Of a DNA stretch of 46,772 nucleotides, positions 17,669-27,241 are shown one piece after another. This DNA is from Candidatus Undinarchaeota archaeon (lineage in GTDB: Archaea; SpSt-1190), in assembly GCA_964449215.1 (NCBI GenBank), contig CAYVAH010000004.1, positions 1 through 46,772 of the forward strand, read 5' to 3'. Position 1 is the first letter of the stretch; the number at the start of each line of letters is the position of its first letter. Under the pieces are notes generated by a model. That model saw only the letters and a program-made list of their open reading frames with translations, was not told the origin of the DNA and ran no database searches. The position numbers were made by a program, and so were the translations under genes.

Positions 17669-18713
17669 TTTTGAAGAGTTTTTGGCGAGTCACGTGCCAA
17701 AGATCAAAGTCATGGGGGTGGGAGGTGCCGGCGGCAACACGGTGATGCGCCTGCTCGAAATGGGAGTGAAAGGTGCGGACCTTATTGCGATAAACACCGA
17801 TGCTCAGGACCTCTCAAAGATAAAGGCACACGAGAAGATTCTCATAGGCAGGGACGCCACGAAGGGTCTCGGTGCCGGTTCTGACCCGACTATCGGTGAG
17901 GAAGCCGCCCGCGAGGACGAGTCCCAGCTGCGGAAGGTGGCGGCGGATTCGGACCTCATATTCGTCACCTGCGGTCTCGGTGGGGGCACGGGTTCCGGTG
18001 CGGCTCCTGTCGTGGCCGAGGTGGCCAAGAAGTCGGGTGCCCTCACAATTGGTGTGGTTACAATGCCCTTCGACAATGAGGGCTTGCTGCGCTGGGAGAA
18101 CGCCCGGTACGGTCTGGAGCGCCTGAAGAACAATGTTGATGCCGTGATTGTCATACCGAACCAGAAACTGCTTGATATTGTGCCTGACCTTCCCATCACG
18201 ACGGCTTTCCGTGTTGCTGACGAGATACTTGCCAATGCCGTGAAGGGTATAACCCGTATGGTCACCAGTCAGGGGCTGGTGAATGTGGACTTTGCGGACC
18301 TGAGGGCGGTCATGCGTGATGCCGGGGGCGCTCTGATAGGCGTGGGTGAGAGCGACAGTGAAAAGCGTGCTGATGAGGCTGTCCAGAAGGCGGTTAACAA
18401 CCCCTTGCTTGACATAGATATCAGTGGTTCCAACGGCGCTTTGATATACATAGAAGGTGGCAAGGACCTGAAGCTTGAAGAAGCCTACAAGGTCGTTGAC
18501 ATGATTTCCCAGTATCTTGCCAAGGATTCAAAGCTCATATGGGGTGTTGGTCTGCCTGACGAGTCCATGGGCAACGCCATAAAGGTGATAGTGATTGTCA
18601 CGGGCGCCAACCTGAAGGACTTTTACTACCCGCAGAAGGAGGAGCTTGACCGGAAGGAAAAGGAGCGAATGAGCAAGGAGCTGGGGATAGAATTTATAGA
18701 GGTTGAAGAGTGA
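17601..18713 (+). CDS. ftsZ: Cell division protein FtsZ (FtsZ1-type locus)
   Basis: GVGGAGGN, INTD, GLGGGTGSG, NVDFAD; GGTGA RBS before ATG 17601. Confidence 0.98.
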   Translation: MKSIIKAAKKTAKRRARKAREDDFEEFLASHVPKIKVMGVGGAGGNTVMRLLEMGVKGADLIAINTDAQDLSKIKAHEKILIGRDATKGLGAGSDPTIGEEAAREDESQLRKVAADSDLIFVTCGLGGGTGSGAAPVVAEVAKKSGALTIGVVTMPFDNEGLLRWENARYGLERLKNNVDAVIVIPNQKLLDIVPDLPITTAFRVADEILANAVKGITRMVTSQGLVNVDFADLRAVMRDAGGALIGVGESDSEKRADEAVQKAVNNPLLDIDISGSNGALIYIEGGKDLKLEEAYKVVDMISQYLAKDSKLIWGVGLPDESMGNAIKVIVIVTGANLKDFYYPQKEELDRKEKERMSKELGIEFIEVEE

Positions 18714-18865
18714 TGTTCGAGGACTACAGGCGGGTCCTCAAGATAGCCCGCCGCCCTTCCTGGGAGGAGGTCAAGCGTTCCGCGTGGCTCGTGGGGCTTG
18801 GCATGCTCCTCATAGGGACCATGGGCCTGATTGTCAACCTCATTTTTCAGGTGATAGGCATATGA
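18713..18865 (+). CDS. secE: Protein translocase SecE/Sec61-gamma (50 aa, not in ORF track)
   Basis: MFEDYRRVLKIARRPSWEEVKRSAWLVGLGMLLIGTMGLIVNLIFQVIGI; conserved ftsZ-secE-spt5 position. Confidence 0.93.
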   Translation: MFEDYRRVLKIARRPSWEEVKRSAWLVGLGMLLIGTMGLIVNLIFQVIGI

Positions 18866-19302
18866 TATTCGCTGTGAGAGTTACCCTAGGCAGGGAGGAA
18901 ACTGTGATGGAAAAGATAGCCGAGGCCACGAGGCGCTTCGGCTACAAGGTGTTCTCGGTCTTCCTGCCAAAGGATGTGAAGGGCTATATTTTTGTGGAAG
19001 CTGAAAGCATGGATGACATCAGGATAGCTATCAGGGGGATAAACAATGCAAGGGGTGTCGTGGACCGGCCTGTGAGCATAGGTGAAGTGGAAAAGTTCCT
19101 CGAGGCCAAGCCGGTCGAGATAAAGATAAGCAAAGGGGATCTCGTGGAAATCGTGTCCAATCCGTTCAGGGGTGAAAAGGCAAAGGTTATACGTATTGAC
19201 CCCATCAAGCGCGAGGTGACTGTGGAAATGGTTGAGGCTGCTGTTCCCATACCTATGACGCTGCCAATAGAGGCGGTGCGTCTGATAAAAAGTGGTGGTT
19301 GA
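18862..19302 (+). CDS. spt5: Transcription elongation factor Spt5/NusG
   Basis: MIFAVRVTLGRE, KGYIFVEA NGN domain, KOW GDLVEIVSNPFRGEKAKV; ATGA overlap with secE. Confidence 0.95.
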   Translation: MIFAVRVTLGREETVMEKIAEATRRFGYKVFSVFLPKDVKGYIFVEAESMDDIRIAIRGINNARGVVDRPVSIGEVEKFLEAKPVEIKISKGDLVEIVSNPFRGEKAKVIRIDPIKREVTVEMVEAAVPIPMTLPIEAVRLIKSGG

Positions 19303-19761
19303 ATGGCTCAGGTCATAACTTTGCTGGTTCCTGGTGGTGAAGCGACTGCCGGTGCGGCTATAGGAGGGGCTCTTGGTCCCCTGGGAATCCCTGTTGGCAA
19401 GGTGATTGGAAAGATAAATGAAGCCACAAAGGAATTCAAGGGGATGCAGGTTCCCGTGAAGGTCATAGTGGACCCCGCAACGAAGGAATTTGAGCTTGAG
19501 GTGGGCATGCCTCCCGTTTCTGCGCTGATAAAGAAGGAGCTGGGCCTGGAGAAGGGCACCGGTGATGGTTCGGTGGTCGGGGATATCTCCTGGGAGAAAC
19601 TGCTGGAGATTGCCCGGAAGAAACAGGAGAGCTGTCTGGGTTCCGACCTGAAGCAGGTGGCGAAAGAGGTCGTGGGCACATGCCAGAGTATGGGTGTGAC
19701 AATCGAAGGCAAGCCTGCCAAGGAGTTCTTGAAGGAGATTGACTCTAGGAAGGTGGAGTGA
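19303..19761 (+). CDS. rpl11: 50S ribosomal protein uL11
   Basis: GALGPLG, INEATKEFKGMQVPV, PPVSALIKKELG, GTCQSMGV. Confidence 0.96.
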   Translation: MAQVITLLVPGGEATAGAAIGGALGPLGIPVGKVIGKINEATKEFKGMQVPVKVIVDPATKEFELEVGMPPVSALIKKELGLEKGTGDGSVVGDISWEKLLEIARKKQESCLGSDLKQVAKEVVGTCQSMGVTIEGKPAKEFLKEIDSRKVE

Positions 19762-19762
19762 C

Positions 19763-19969
19763 TTGGAGATTCTTGTGGATGCTGAGGAGCTCCGGAAGAT
19801 TGAAGCGGAGTATGGTCCCCTGCGGAGGGTCGGGAAGGAAAAACTCAAGTGGCTGATCCCCCCGGAGTGGTCAGAAAAGAGCTTTGACGGGGTGCTCGTG
19901 GAGATCCCGGCAGAAAAGGCCCAGGAAATTTTTGAAAAGTTCAGGGTTAAGCTGCTCAGAAAAAGATAA
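19763..19969 (+). CDS. Small hypothetical protein
   Basis: Protein-like ORF filling the gap after rpl11; likely TTG start at 19763. Confidence 0.5.
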   Translation: MEILVDAEELRKIEAEYGPLRRVGKEKLKWLIPPEWSEKSFDGVLVEIPAEKAQEIFEKFRVKLLRKR

Positions 19970-19980
19970 AAGTCCCCGGG

Positions 19981-20691
19981 TTGAATGGGAACGTGCTGGT
20001 TTCGGATTCCTTCTCGAAGGGGTGGGAAGTTTACAGGAAAAATTTTTACGGGTTGCTGATCCTCAATGCTCTCCGGCTCGTTGCCCTGCTGAGCCTCTCG
20101 TTGCTCGCGGTTCTGATGTTTTTTCTGTTCCTCCCGGATATGCCTTCCATGACCATCGGTGGTATGGTGTCCTTGGTGTTTTACGGGTTGTCCATCCTCG
20201 CCCTTTTCATAGTTGCCTCGCCTGTCCTTCTCTATTCCCATTTTGCTGGTTCTGTTCTCGCCCTTTCAAGGAGGTTGAAGGTGGAGCGGGCGCTGGAGCT
20301 CCTCAAAGAAAAATATTTCAAGCTCATCATTGACGCATTGATTTACTGGGCTGTTTTCCTTTTCCTTGTGGTGGAGTCCCTTTTTTTGATGCTTGGTTCC
20401 CCGTTCCTCGGCACGCTCCTGCTTCTTGTGGCGGTATATGTTGCTGTTAGGCTGAACTTCTGGGATGTCCTGGTGTTCGTGGGTGAGGAGCACCCCCTGA
20501 TGGCCTCCTGGAAACTCACTGAAGGGAGGTTCTGGCAGTCCTTTCTCTTCGTTATTGTCGCCAACATCACGCTCCAGCTGCTCCTTTTTGTCCCGATGCT
20601 GGGTTTCTTCCTCTGCTTCCTGGCCATGCCATTTATAACCTCCTCGAAGGCGGTTTTCGCCACCAAAGGATTTAATAAGAAGCGGCGCTAA
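19981..20691 (+). CDS. Integral membrane protein (DUF975/GPDPase-membrane-like)
   Basis: FSKGWEVYRKN and ASWKLTEGRFW repeats with hydrophobic helices. Confidence 0.6.
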   Translation: MNGNVLVSDSFSKGWEVYRKNFYGLLILNALRLVALLSLSLLAVLMFFLFLPDMPSMTIGGMVSLVFYGLSILALFIVASPVLLYSHFAGSVLALSRRLKVERALELLKEKYFKLIIDALIYWAVFLFLVVESLFLMLGSPFLGTLLLLVAVYVAVRLNFWDVLVFVGEEHPLMASWKLTEGRFWQSFLFVIVANITLQLLLFVPMLGFFLCFLAMPFITSSKAVFATKGFNKKRR

Positions 20692-20698
20692 TACTGGA

Positions 20699-21781
20699 GT
20701 GGCATTGCTCCTCGCTCTCGGGTATATGCTCTCCTCCCTTTTTGGCATCGGTGTTCTTCTCCTTCCCCGTCTGGTTCAGCAGATAGGTATAGGCTATTTC
20801 ATAATCCTGCTGACGGCGGTGGCAGTTGCACTGAATCTCGCCACCTATGTGATACTTGAGCTCATAGAGATTACGGGGGAAGATGTTGAGGGGAGTGTCC
20901 GGAGCTTCCTTGGCAAGTATGGGGTGCTTTCCACGGCGTCGTTTGGCGTTTTCACGTATGCTGCACTATCTGCCTACATTCTTGCCGCCGGTGACCAGCT
21001 CTCTGCCTGGCTCGGCGGCCCTCCGAACTACTGGAGTTCTCTTTTCTTTGTCCTTGCCGTTATACCGGCGGTTGGCGGCCTGACGCTCGCCGCGACGACC
21101 TCAACATACCTTTCACTTTTCCTCGTGGCTGTGCTTCTCTTTGTGATACCGATCAACCTGAAGTTTGATTCCCTGATTATCCCGTTCTACGGGGGTCTTG
21201 AAGCCGCCCCACTTTTTGTGATGCTCGCTGCATTTGCCCTGGCAGGGCATTTTTCCATCTATCAGGTCCATCGACTGGTAAGGGAGGAGAGGAGCAAGGT
21301 GGTGGTGTTCTTCGCGGCGTTCCTCTTTGCCTTCCTTTCATACGTGGCGTTTGGCATAACAACCGCTTCCGTTTCAGCTTCTCTCTCCCATCTGAGTACG
21401 GCAACACTCGCCCAAATCTACCCGCCTTTCTATGCCTTGCTCGTTTCTGCCGTTGCGGTGCTGGCCTTCTACACCTCGTTTGTTGTGGTGGCGCACTCCT
21501 TCATCAAGACCTTTGAGGCTTACATGCCGCAGAAGGTGGTTTATGCCCTGCTACTTTTCCCGGTGGCGTTGCTTTACCTCCTTGTGAGATACTATGGGCT
21601 CCTTGACCTGACAACCCTTGTTGGAAGGATTGGCGGTGCGAGCCTTCTTATTTTCCTGGCACTGGCCTGTTTTTCACACTACAGGGCCTCCGAGAAATTC
21701 CAGACCAAGTTTCCGCAGAATGCTTCTATGGCCCTCGGTGTTGTGCTTGTGGTGTTTGCCATTATCGGAGCTTTTCTATGA
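20699..21781 (+). CDS. Aromatic amino acid permease-like transporter (APC/HAAAP)
   Basis: FGIGVLLLP TM1 motif, YAALSAYI, about 11 TM helices. Confidence 0.7.
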   Translation: MALLLALGYMLSSLFGIGVLLLPRLVQQIGIGYFIILLTAVAVALNLATYVILELIEITGEDVEGSVRSFLGKYGVLSTASFGVFTYAALSAYILAAGDQLSAWLGGPPNYWSSLFFVLAVIPAVGGLTLAATTSTYLSLFLVAVLLFVIPINLKFDSLIIPFYGGLEAAPLFVMLAAFALAGHFSIYQVHRLVREERSKVVVFFAAFLFAFLSYVAFGITTASVSASLSHLSTATLAQIYPPFYALLVSAVAVLAFYTSFVVVAHSFIKTFEAYMPQKVVYALLLFPVALLYLLVRYYGLLDLTTLVGRIGGASLLIFLALACFSHYRASEKFQTKFPQNASMALGVVLVVFAIIGAFL

Positions 21782-22505
21782 TGAGTCCGGAGCTTTCTGC
21801 CAGATTCATCACCCTTTTTTTGTGTTCGCTCGGGATGCCCTTCCACTCGAGGATGAGGCGTTCCGGGCGCGGTGTGGTTCTTTCAATCATCTGCGAGAGC
21901 ATTTTTCCGTCGAGCCACTGTAACGCATATTTTGGGCAGATATGCCCGAGATTCTTCCCATCCAGGGTGAGTCTGGTGAACTTGGGAGCGTAGTGGGGAC
22001 CCCCCACACCTATTGAGGCTTCCCCTTCCGGTTCCACATCCAGCAGGTGTCTGACTGTCTCGGCTGCGGCCTTTGCCCCTGCTCTGCTCCGCCATCCCCT
22101 CGTGTCTGAGCCAAGCTCTACAAAGATGGTTGGCAGGTTGAATGTGGGACCGTGGTGGGTGACTTCCAGGGTGACAAGGTGCTTCAACCCCTTCCTCTCC
22201 TTGATTTCCCGGAGCTTCCTCAATGCCTCCCCGAGGAAGAGTGCGGGAGCCACACCAAGCTTCCCTGGCTCCCCACCGTTTTTTGCCTCACCGAAATTTC
22301 CGGGTGAGTGGACGCTCAGGGACACGAAACCCGCGGAGCTTGAGTGGGGGCTCGCAACAATCACCAGCCTGTTTTTCACCCCACGAAGCTCCTCGAGCTC
22401 AACAATTGGGGAGTTACACACAAGGACATCCGCAACATCCCCGAGCTCCTTCAGAATGTTCATGCTCGCTTCTTCGAGGCTGGACCCCACCACGAGCTTC
22501 TTCAT
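21762..22505 (-). CDS. dtdA: D-aminoacyl-tRNA deacylase DTD2
   Basis: SPHSS, SVHSPGN, EVTHHGPT, FVELGS, GGPHYAP, GHICPKY. Confidence 0.92.
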   Translation of the reverse strand: MKKLVVGSSLEEASMNILKELGDVADVLVCNSPIVELEELRGVKNRLVIVASPHSSSAGFVSLSVHSPGNFGEAKNGGEPGKLGVAPALFLGEALRKLREIKERKGLKHLVTLEVTHHGPTFNLPTIFVELGSDTRGWRSRAGAKAAAETVRHLLDVEPEGEASIGVGGPHYAPKFTRLTLDGKNLGHICPKYALQWLDGKMLSQMIERTTPRPERLILEWKGIPSEHKKRVMNLAESSGLIIEKLR

Positions 22506-22546
22506 GCACAGGTGTGCAATCCATTTAAATAATGTTTTCTAATTAT

Positions 22547-23935
22547 GTGGTGAAGCTTCGTAGGGTCAGTGAGGTTGTGTGGGAGATAAAGAAGGAGCCA
22601 CCGATGAAGGTTCCGGTCCGCGTTTATGCTTCCGAGTCCATCCTTGAGAAGATGCGGGGCGACCGCACGCTGAAGCAGGCTGTTAATGTCGCCTCCCTGC
22701 CCGGTGTGCTGCCGGAGGTTTCTGTGATGCCGGATGGTCACGAGGGGTATGGCTTCCCCATCGGGGGGGTGGCTGCGTTTCCCGTGGAAGGGGGGCTGGT
22801 GAGTCCCGGGGGAATTGGCTACGATATAAACTGTGGCATGCGGTTGCTCCTGACCGGATTGTCCCATGAGGAGGTTGAGCCTGTTCTCAGTCGTCTCACG
22901 AGGTCCCTTTTCAGGGCGGTGCCGAGCGGTGTTGGATCACGCGGGCTCCTTGATGTTTCAAAGGGTGAGTTCCTGGATGTGATCACGCAGGGCATGAAGT
23001 GGGCTGTGAGGCAGGGATATGCCACAAAGGAGGATGCAAGGCACATGGAGGAAGGGGGGAGCATGCCAGCAACTCATGACTCGGTGAGTCACAAGGCCGT
23101 GATGAGAGGATTGGGTCAGCTTGGGACGCTTGGTGCGGGGAATCACTTCCTCGAAGTCCAGCGCGTTGGAAAGCTGTTTCATCCAGCAGCTCAGAAGTTT
23201 GGACTCGAGGAAGGTGAGGTGGTGGTGATGATTCACACTGGTTCGAGGGGTTTCGGTCACCAGATAGCCAGTGACCACATAAGGGCGATACTGTCCAAGG
23301 TGAAGGGGATTGACCTCCCGGACAGGGAGCTTGCTGCTGCCCCTCTTGACAGCAGGGAAGGTGAGGACTACTTGGATGCCATGAAGTGCGCGGTGAATTT
23401 TGCTTTTGTGAACAGGCAGATTATCACATACTATGTCCGTCAGGTTTTCGACGAGCTGCTCGGTGCGGAACTGAAACTCATGTACGACGTTGCTCACAAC
23501 ATAGGGAAGTTCGAGAAGCACGGGGAACCTGTGTTTGTCCACCGCAAGGGTGCGACCCGTGCCTTCGGACCGGGAAGGGAAGACCTCCCCGAGGACTACC
23601 GGTCGGTCGGGCAGCCGGTGATAATCCCCGGCTCTATGGGGACGGCCAGTTATGTCCTCGTTGGAAGGGGCAACCCGGCGACGTTTGAGAGCACCTGTCA
23701 TGGTGCAGGCAGGGTGATGAGTCGCTCGGCTGCGAGGAGGAGCTTCCGTGGGAGGGAAATAAAAGAGCAGCTGGAGAAAAGGGGCATAATGGTTGAGGCG
23801 AAAGACCGGCCACTCATAGCGGAGGAGGCGCCGGGGGCATACAAGGACATAGACGAAGTGGTGCGGGTGGTTGAGGCTGCCGGGATATCGGATGTGGTTG
23901 CCCGGCTTGTTCCGATGGGTGTTGTGAAGGGATAA
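22547..23935 (+). CDS. rtcB: RNA-splicing ligase RtcB
   Basis: MPDGHEGYGFPIG, GYDINCG, GNHFLE, HTGSRG, HRKGAT, HGAGR, EEAPGAYK. Confidence 0.97.
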   Translation: MVKLRRVSEVVWEIKKEPPMKVPVRVYASESILEKMRGDRTLKQAVNVASLPGVLPEVSVMPDGHEGYGFPIGGVAAFPVEGGLVSPGGIGYDINCGMRLLLTGLSHEEVEPVLSRLTRSLFRAVPSGVGSRGLLDVSKGEFLDVITQGMKWAVRQGYATKEDARHMEEGGSMPATHDSVSHKAVMRGLGQLGTLGAGNHFLEVQRVGKLFHPAAQKFGLEEGEVVVMIHTGSRGFGHQIASDHIRAILSKVKGIDLPDRELAAAPLDSREGEDYLDAMKCAVNFAFVNRQIITYYVRQVFDELLGAELKLMYDVAHNIGKFEKHGEPVFVHRKGATRAFGPGREDLPEDYRSVGQPVIIPGSMGTASYVLVGRGNPATFESTCHGAGRVMSRSAARRSFRGREIKEQLEKRGIMVEAKDRPLIAEEAPGAYKDIDEVVRVVEAAGISDVVARLVPMGVVKG

Positions 23936-24161
23936 GTTTATTAAGCTCTATTTGGAAGGGCTGGCAGTGACATATACTTTGCCTCTCAGTTTCAGGGACA
24001 GGCGGAAGCCGCATGCATCAATACTGGTGTTTATCTGGCCATTCATAGTTGCTGTTTTCTGTGTGACACTCTCCGGGCTCTTTTTTGGTTTCTTTCCTTA
24101 ATGGGCTGTTTATTTTCAGGACCTGGGTGAAACTTTTTAACAGGTCTGGCTTAAACCTGAG

Positions 24162-24803
24162 GTGATAATTGAGGAACTCATCAAGGTTTCCAAGCAGTAT
24201 CCAATGGCGAGGGCACTTGATGGTGTTTCTTTGAAGATAAGGAGCAAGGAGCTCCTGCTAGTGATGGGCCCAAGCGGTTCGGGAAAAAGCACACTTCTTC
24301 ACATAGCAGGGGTTCTTGACGTCCCTTCGAGTGGCAAGGTCCTGCTTATGGGGAAGAGGGTTCCCCACGATGAGCGAAAGAGGGCAAAGCTCCGTTCCGA
24401 ATTTATTGGTTTTGTTTTTCAGGACTTTGGTTTGATATCAAGCCTCAGTGCCAGGGACAACATTCTGCTGCCAACCCTCTTCAACGGTCAGGATGCGGGG
24501 GAGCGGTTGGACGAGATTGCAGAGCAGCTTGGCATTTCCAGGCGTCTCCACCACTACCCGAAACAGCTTTCCGGTGGTGAGAAGCAAAGGGTTGCCATCG
24601 CCCGTGCCCTGATAAATGACCCGAGGCTCATCTTTGCTGACGAGCCGACGGGGAACCTTGACTCCAAGACAGGCGACAAGGTGATGCAACTCCTCCGGGA
24701 GCTTGCTGACTCCGGGAAGTCCATCGTGGTGGTGACCCACAATCAGGAGCATGAGAGGTTTGCGGACAGGGTGGTCCGTCTGAGGGACGGCAGGATTTTG
24801 TAA
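24162..24803 (+). CDS. ABC transporter ATP-binding protein (LolD/MacB family)
   Basis: [32 protein letters not shown]. Confidence 0.95.
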   Translation: MIIEELIKVSKQYPMARALDGVSLKIRSKELLLVMGPSGSGKSTLLHIAGVLDVPSSGKVLLMGKRVPHDERKRAKLRSEFIGFVFQDFGLISSLSARDNILLPTLFNGQDAGERLDEIAEQLGISRRLHHYPKQLSGGEKQRVAIARALINDPRLIFADEPTGNLDSKTGDKVMQLLRELADSGKSIVVVTHNQEHERFADRVVRLRDGRIL

Positions 24804-24834
24804 ATCTTTTTATAGGTTGTCCTGTTGAACTGGT

Positions 24835-26100
24835 ATGAAAAGGTTCCTTCTCCTGCTGCTCCTTTCATCGGTTTATGCCGTTTCTCTCGACTACAGCTCC
24901 CTTTATACAGCTCCTCCAACAATTCAGGACAGGGGCTATCTCTATCTGACATTCTGTTCCCGTTCAAATGAGGCGAGGACTTTCACGTTTACGCCCCAGG
25001 GGTTTGTGTCTTCTCCGGACCGACTGACGCTGGACTTCTCCGGGACCTCCACCGTCCCGGATTGCAAGCAGGCTGTCGTGTTTGTTTCCTCCGATTCCCC
25101 GGGCATGTACAACCTTCTGGTTGAGGCGGGAAGCGATGACTGGACAGTCCCCGTGGAGTTTGCGAAGCTCGAGCCAATCTCAATATCTGTCTCCCGCTCC
25201 GTTCTCTACACCGGTTATGACCCCGTTGACCTCACAGTCCATGGCACCGGTGAAAATGTGTGGCTGACCGTGAATTCCTCCGTGGTTGGAGTGAAGAGGC
25301 TTTACAAATCCAGCCTGCCCGCTACCTTCTCGCTGGTGTTCCATTTCCCGGAGCCCGGCTTCTATGAAGTCCCCCTGACCATTCAGTATGACCGGAACAA
25401 CTTTACTGTGACGCAGGTGCACACTCTCGGGATGCGTGTTGAAGAGGCACCCATCAAGGTCTCCCCGGAACTGAGGGTTCCCTCTGATGGGTACACAAAC
25501 CTTACCATCAGCCTTGAGCTTCCAGAGACCATATACAGTGGCGAGGTCTCCCTGAGTTCCCCGTGCCTTGAGGGGAGCACCTCTGTCAGCGTGGAGAATT
25601 TCCGCTCCGGAAATGTGAGCTTTCTTGTCAAGGGTTCCTGTGACCCGGGTGTATATGGGATGAATGTTACGGCGGAGGACTTCCAGAAGACCGTTCCCTT
25701 GCACGTTTATGGCCCTGAAGGGTATGAACTCTTTTTCAACACCATGGAGAGGGCGGGGGAGCACAGTGTGGAAGTGATAATTGCCAATGAGGGCAGCCAG
25801 ACAATGAAGGCGGTTTCTGTCCGGCTTCTGGACGGGAACTACAAGATTGTCCGTGAAGGTGCTTTTATCGGAGACCTGGAGTTCGGTGACTATGATTCTG
25901 CCGAGCTTGTTTTTGTTCCAAGGTCGAACCCCGTAGATGTGAATATCAAGATATCCTATACACTCGGTGGCGAGCGCAAGGAAGTTGTTCGGGTGGTTCC
26001 TTACTTGTATGAGTCCGGTTCCAGCAGATGGATTTATCTCCTGCTGGTGGTCCTCGCTGCGGGTGTGTGGTATGTCAAGCGTCGTGGAACTCGTCATTAA
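24835..26100 (+). CDS. COG1361-like secreted Ig-fold protein with C-terminal TM anchor
   Basis: Signal peptide, IANEG and FIGDLEFGDYDSAE motifs, C-terminal TM plus basic tail; lies between the ABC ATPase and permeases. Confidence 0.7.
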   Translation: MKRFLLLLLLSSVYAVSLDYSSLYTAPPTIQDRGYLYLTFCSRSNEARTFTFTPQGFVSSPDRLTLDFSGTSTVPDCKQAVVFVSSDSPGMYNLLVEAGSDDWTVPVEFAKLEPISISVSRSVLYTGYDPVDLTVHGTGENVWLTVNSSVVGVKRLYKSSLPATFSLVFHFPEPGFYEVPLTIQYDRNNFTVTQVHTLGMRVEEAPIKVSPELRVPSDGYTNLTISLELPETIYSGEVSLSSPCLEGSTSVSVENFRSGNVSFLVKGSCDPGVYGMNVTAEDFQKTVPLHVYGPEGYELFFNTMERAGEHSVEVIIANEGSQTMKAVSVRLLDGNYKIVREGAFIGDLEFGDYDSAELVFVPRSNPVDVNIKISYTLGGERKEVVRVVPYLYESGSSRWIYLLLVVLAAGVWYVKRRGTRH

Positions 26101-27241
26101 GTTTGTTACCCACCGAAGGCTTCGCAGTCTTCTCACGACCGTGGGAATCGCCATAGGCGTTGCCCTTGTTTTTAGTCTCATAGCGATCAACAGGGGATTC
26201 ATAATCTCGCTTTCGAGTATGCTCAGCAATCTTGGTGATAATTTTGTTACTGTGCTGCCAAAGCAGGCGAACTTCGGTTTCAGCACCTCTTCATATTTTA
26301 CCCAGAAGGATGCGGATGCCATCAGGCGGCTTCCCTTTGTGAAGATAGCTGTTGCTGGGTACAGCACAGTTGTCCCGGCAAAGATTCACGGAGAGGAGCT
26401 GTTCTTGATGGCGAGAGGTGCCAACCCGAAGGACATGGATGAACTTTTTAACGAGGTTCAGGTTTATGGGTTCCACAGTGGCAGGGCAATACACGAGGGT
26501 GAAAGGGGCAAGGTCGTGGTGGGGTACAATCTCGCTGACAAGTATCACCTGAGTCCGGGGAGCCAAATAGAAATTGCCGGTGAGAAGTTCCGTGTTGTGG
26601 GTGTGCAGTCCAAGGTGGGCAACAATCAGTATGACAATCTTATAACAGCCAATGTTGAGGACCTCTGGGACATAACCGGGGAGCATGACAAATACTTCTT
26701 GATTCTCCTGAAGGTCAGCGAGATGAAAACGGAGGAGCTGAAGAGGGAGCTTAAGAGGATCCGTGGAAAAGAAGACTTTGAAATTCTCACACCCGAGAAT
26801 ATTGCCCGCCAGGTGTCCGAGATACTGGGCGTGGTGAATGCTGTGTTTCTCGCTGTTGCGAGCATAAGCATCCTTGTGGGCAGCGTAAATGTTGCCAACA
26901 CAATGTACATGGCCGTGACTGAAAGGGTTCGCGACATAGGGATAATGAAGGCTGTTGGGGCAAACCGGAAGCAAATTTCAACAATATTCATGCTTGAGTC
27001 GGGTGTTTTGAGCATGGTTGGTGGGTTCTTCGGGGTGTTGCTGGGCTTGCTGGTAACCTGGGGTTTCAGCTACTACGGGGCGGTTTCCGGGGCATTTATC
27101 AGTTTTGGTTACCCTCTGAACCCCGACCTTATACTTTTCACGATAGTGCTGTCCTTCGTGGTTGGTGTGGTTTCCGGTTACTTCCCCGCGAGGTATGCGT
27201 CCGGTATGGAGCCCGTCAGGGCTTTGAGGCAGGAGATATAA
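26072..27241 (+). CDS. ABC transporter permease (MacB/FtsX family), copy 1
   Basis: RSLLTTVGIAIGV, ERVRDIGIMKAVGA, PARYAS, PVRALR. Confidence 0.93.
   Translation: MSSVVELVIKFVTHRRLRSLLTTVGIAIGVALVFSLIAINRGFIISLSSMLSNLGDNFVTVLPKQANFGFSTSSYFTQKDADAIRRLPFVKIAVAGYSTVVPAKIHGEELFLMARGANPKDMDELFNEVQVYGFHSGRAIHEGERGKVVVGYNLADKYHLSPGSQIEIAGEKFRVVGVQSKVGNNQYDNLITANVEDLWDITGEHDKYFLILLKVSEMKTEELKRELKRIRGKEDFEILTPENIARQVSEILGVVNAVFLAVASISILVGSVNVANTMYMAVTERVRDIGIMKAVGANRKQISTIFMLESGVLSMVGGFFGVLLGLLVTWGFSYYGAVSGAFISFGYPLNPDLILFTIVLSFVVGVVSGYFPARYASGMEPVRALRQEI
26129..26172 (+). repeat. 44-bp exact direct repeat, copy 1 (copy 2 at 27305-27348)
   Basis: CTTCTCACGACCGTGGGAATCGCCATAGGCGTTGCCCTTGTTTT is identical in both permease genes. 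Confidence 0.9.

Noticed and set aside
18703..18861. Apparent N-terminal extension of Spt5
   Set aside because: This stretch encodes SecE in another frame; Spt5 starts at 18862
18886..20241. 451-aa minus-strand ORF
   Set aside because: Antisense shadow of spt5, rpl11 and downstream genes; no recognisable motifs
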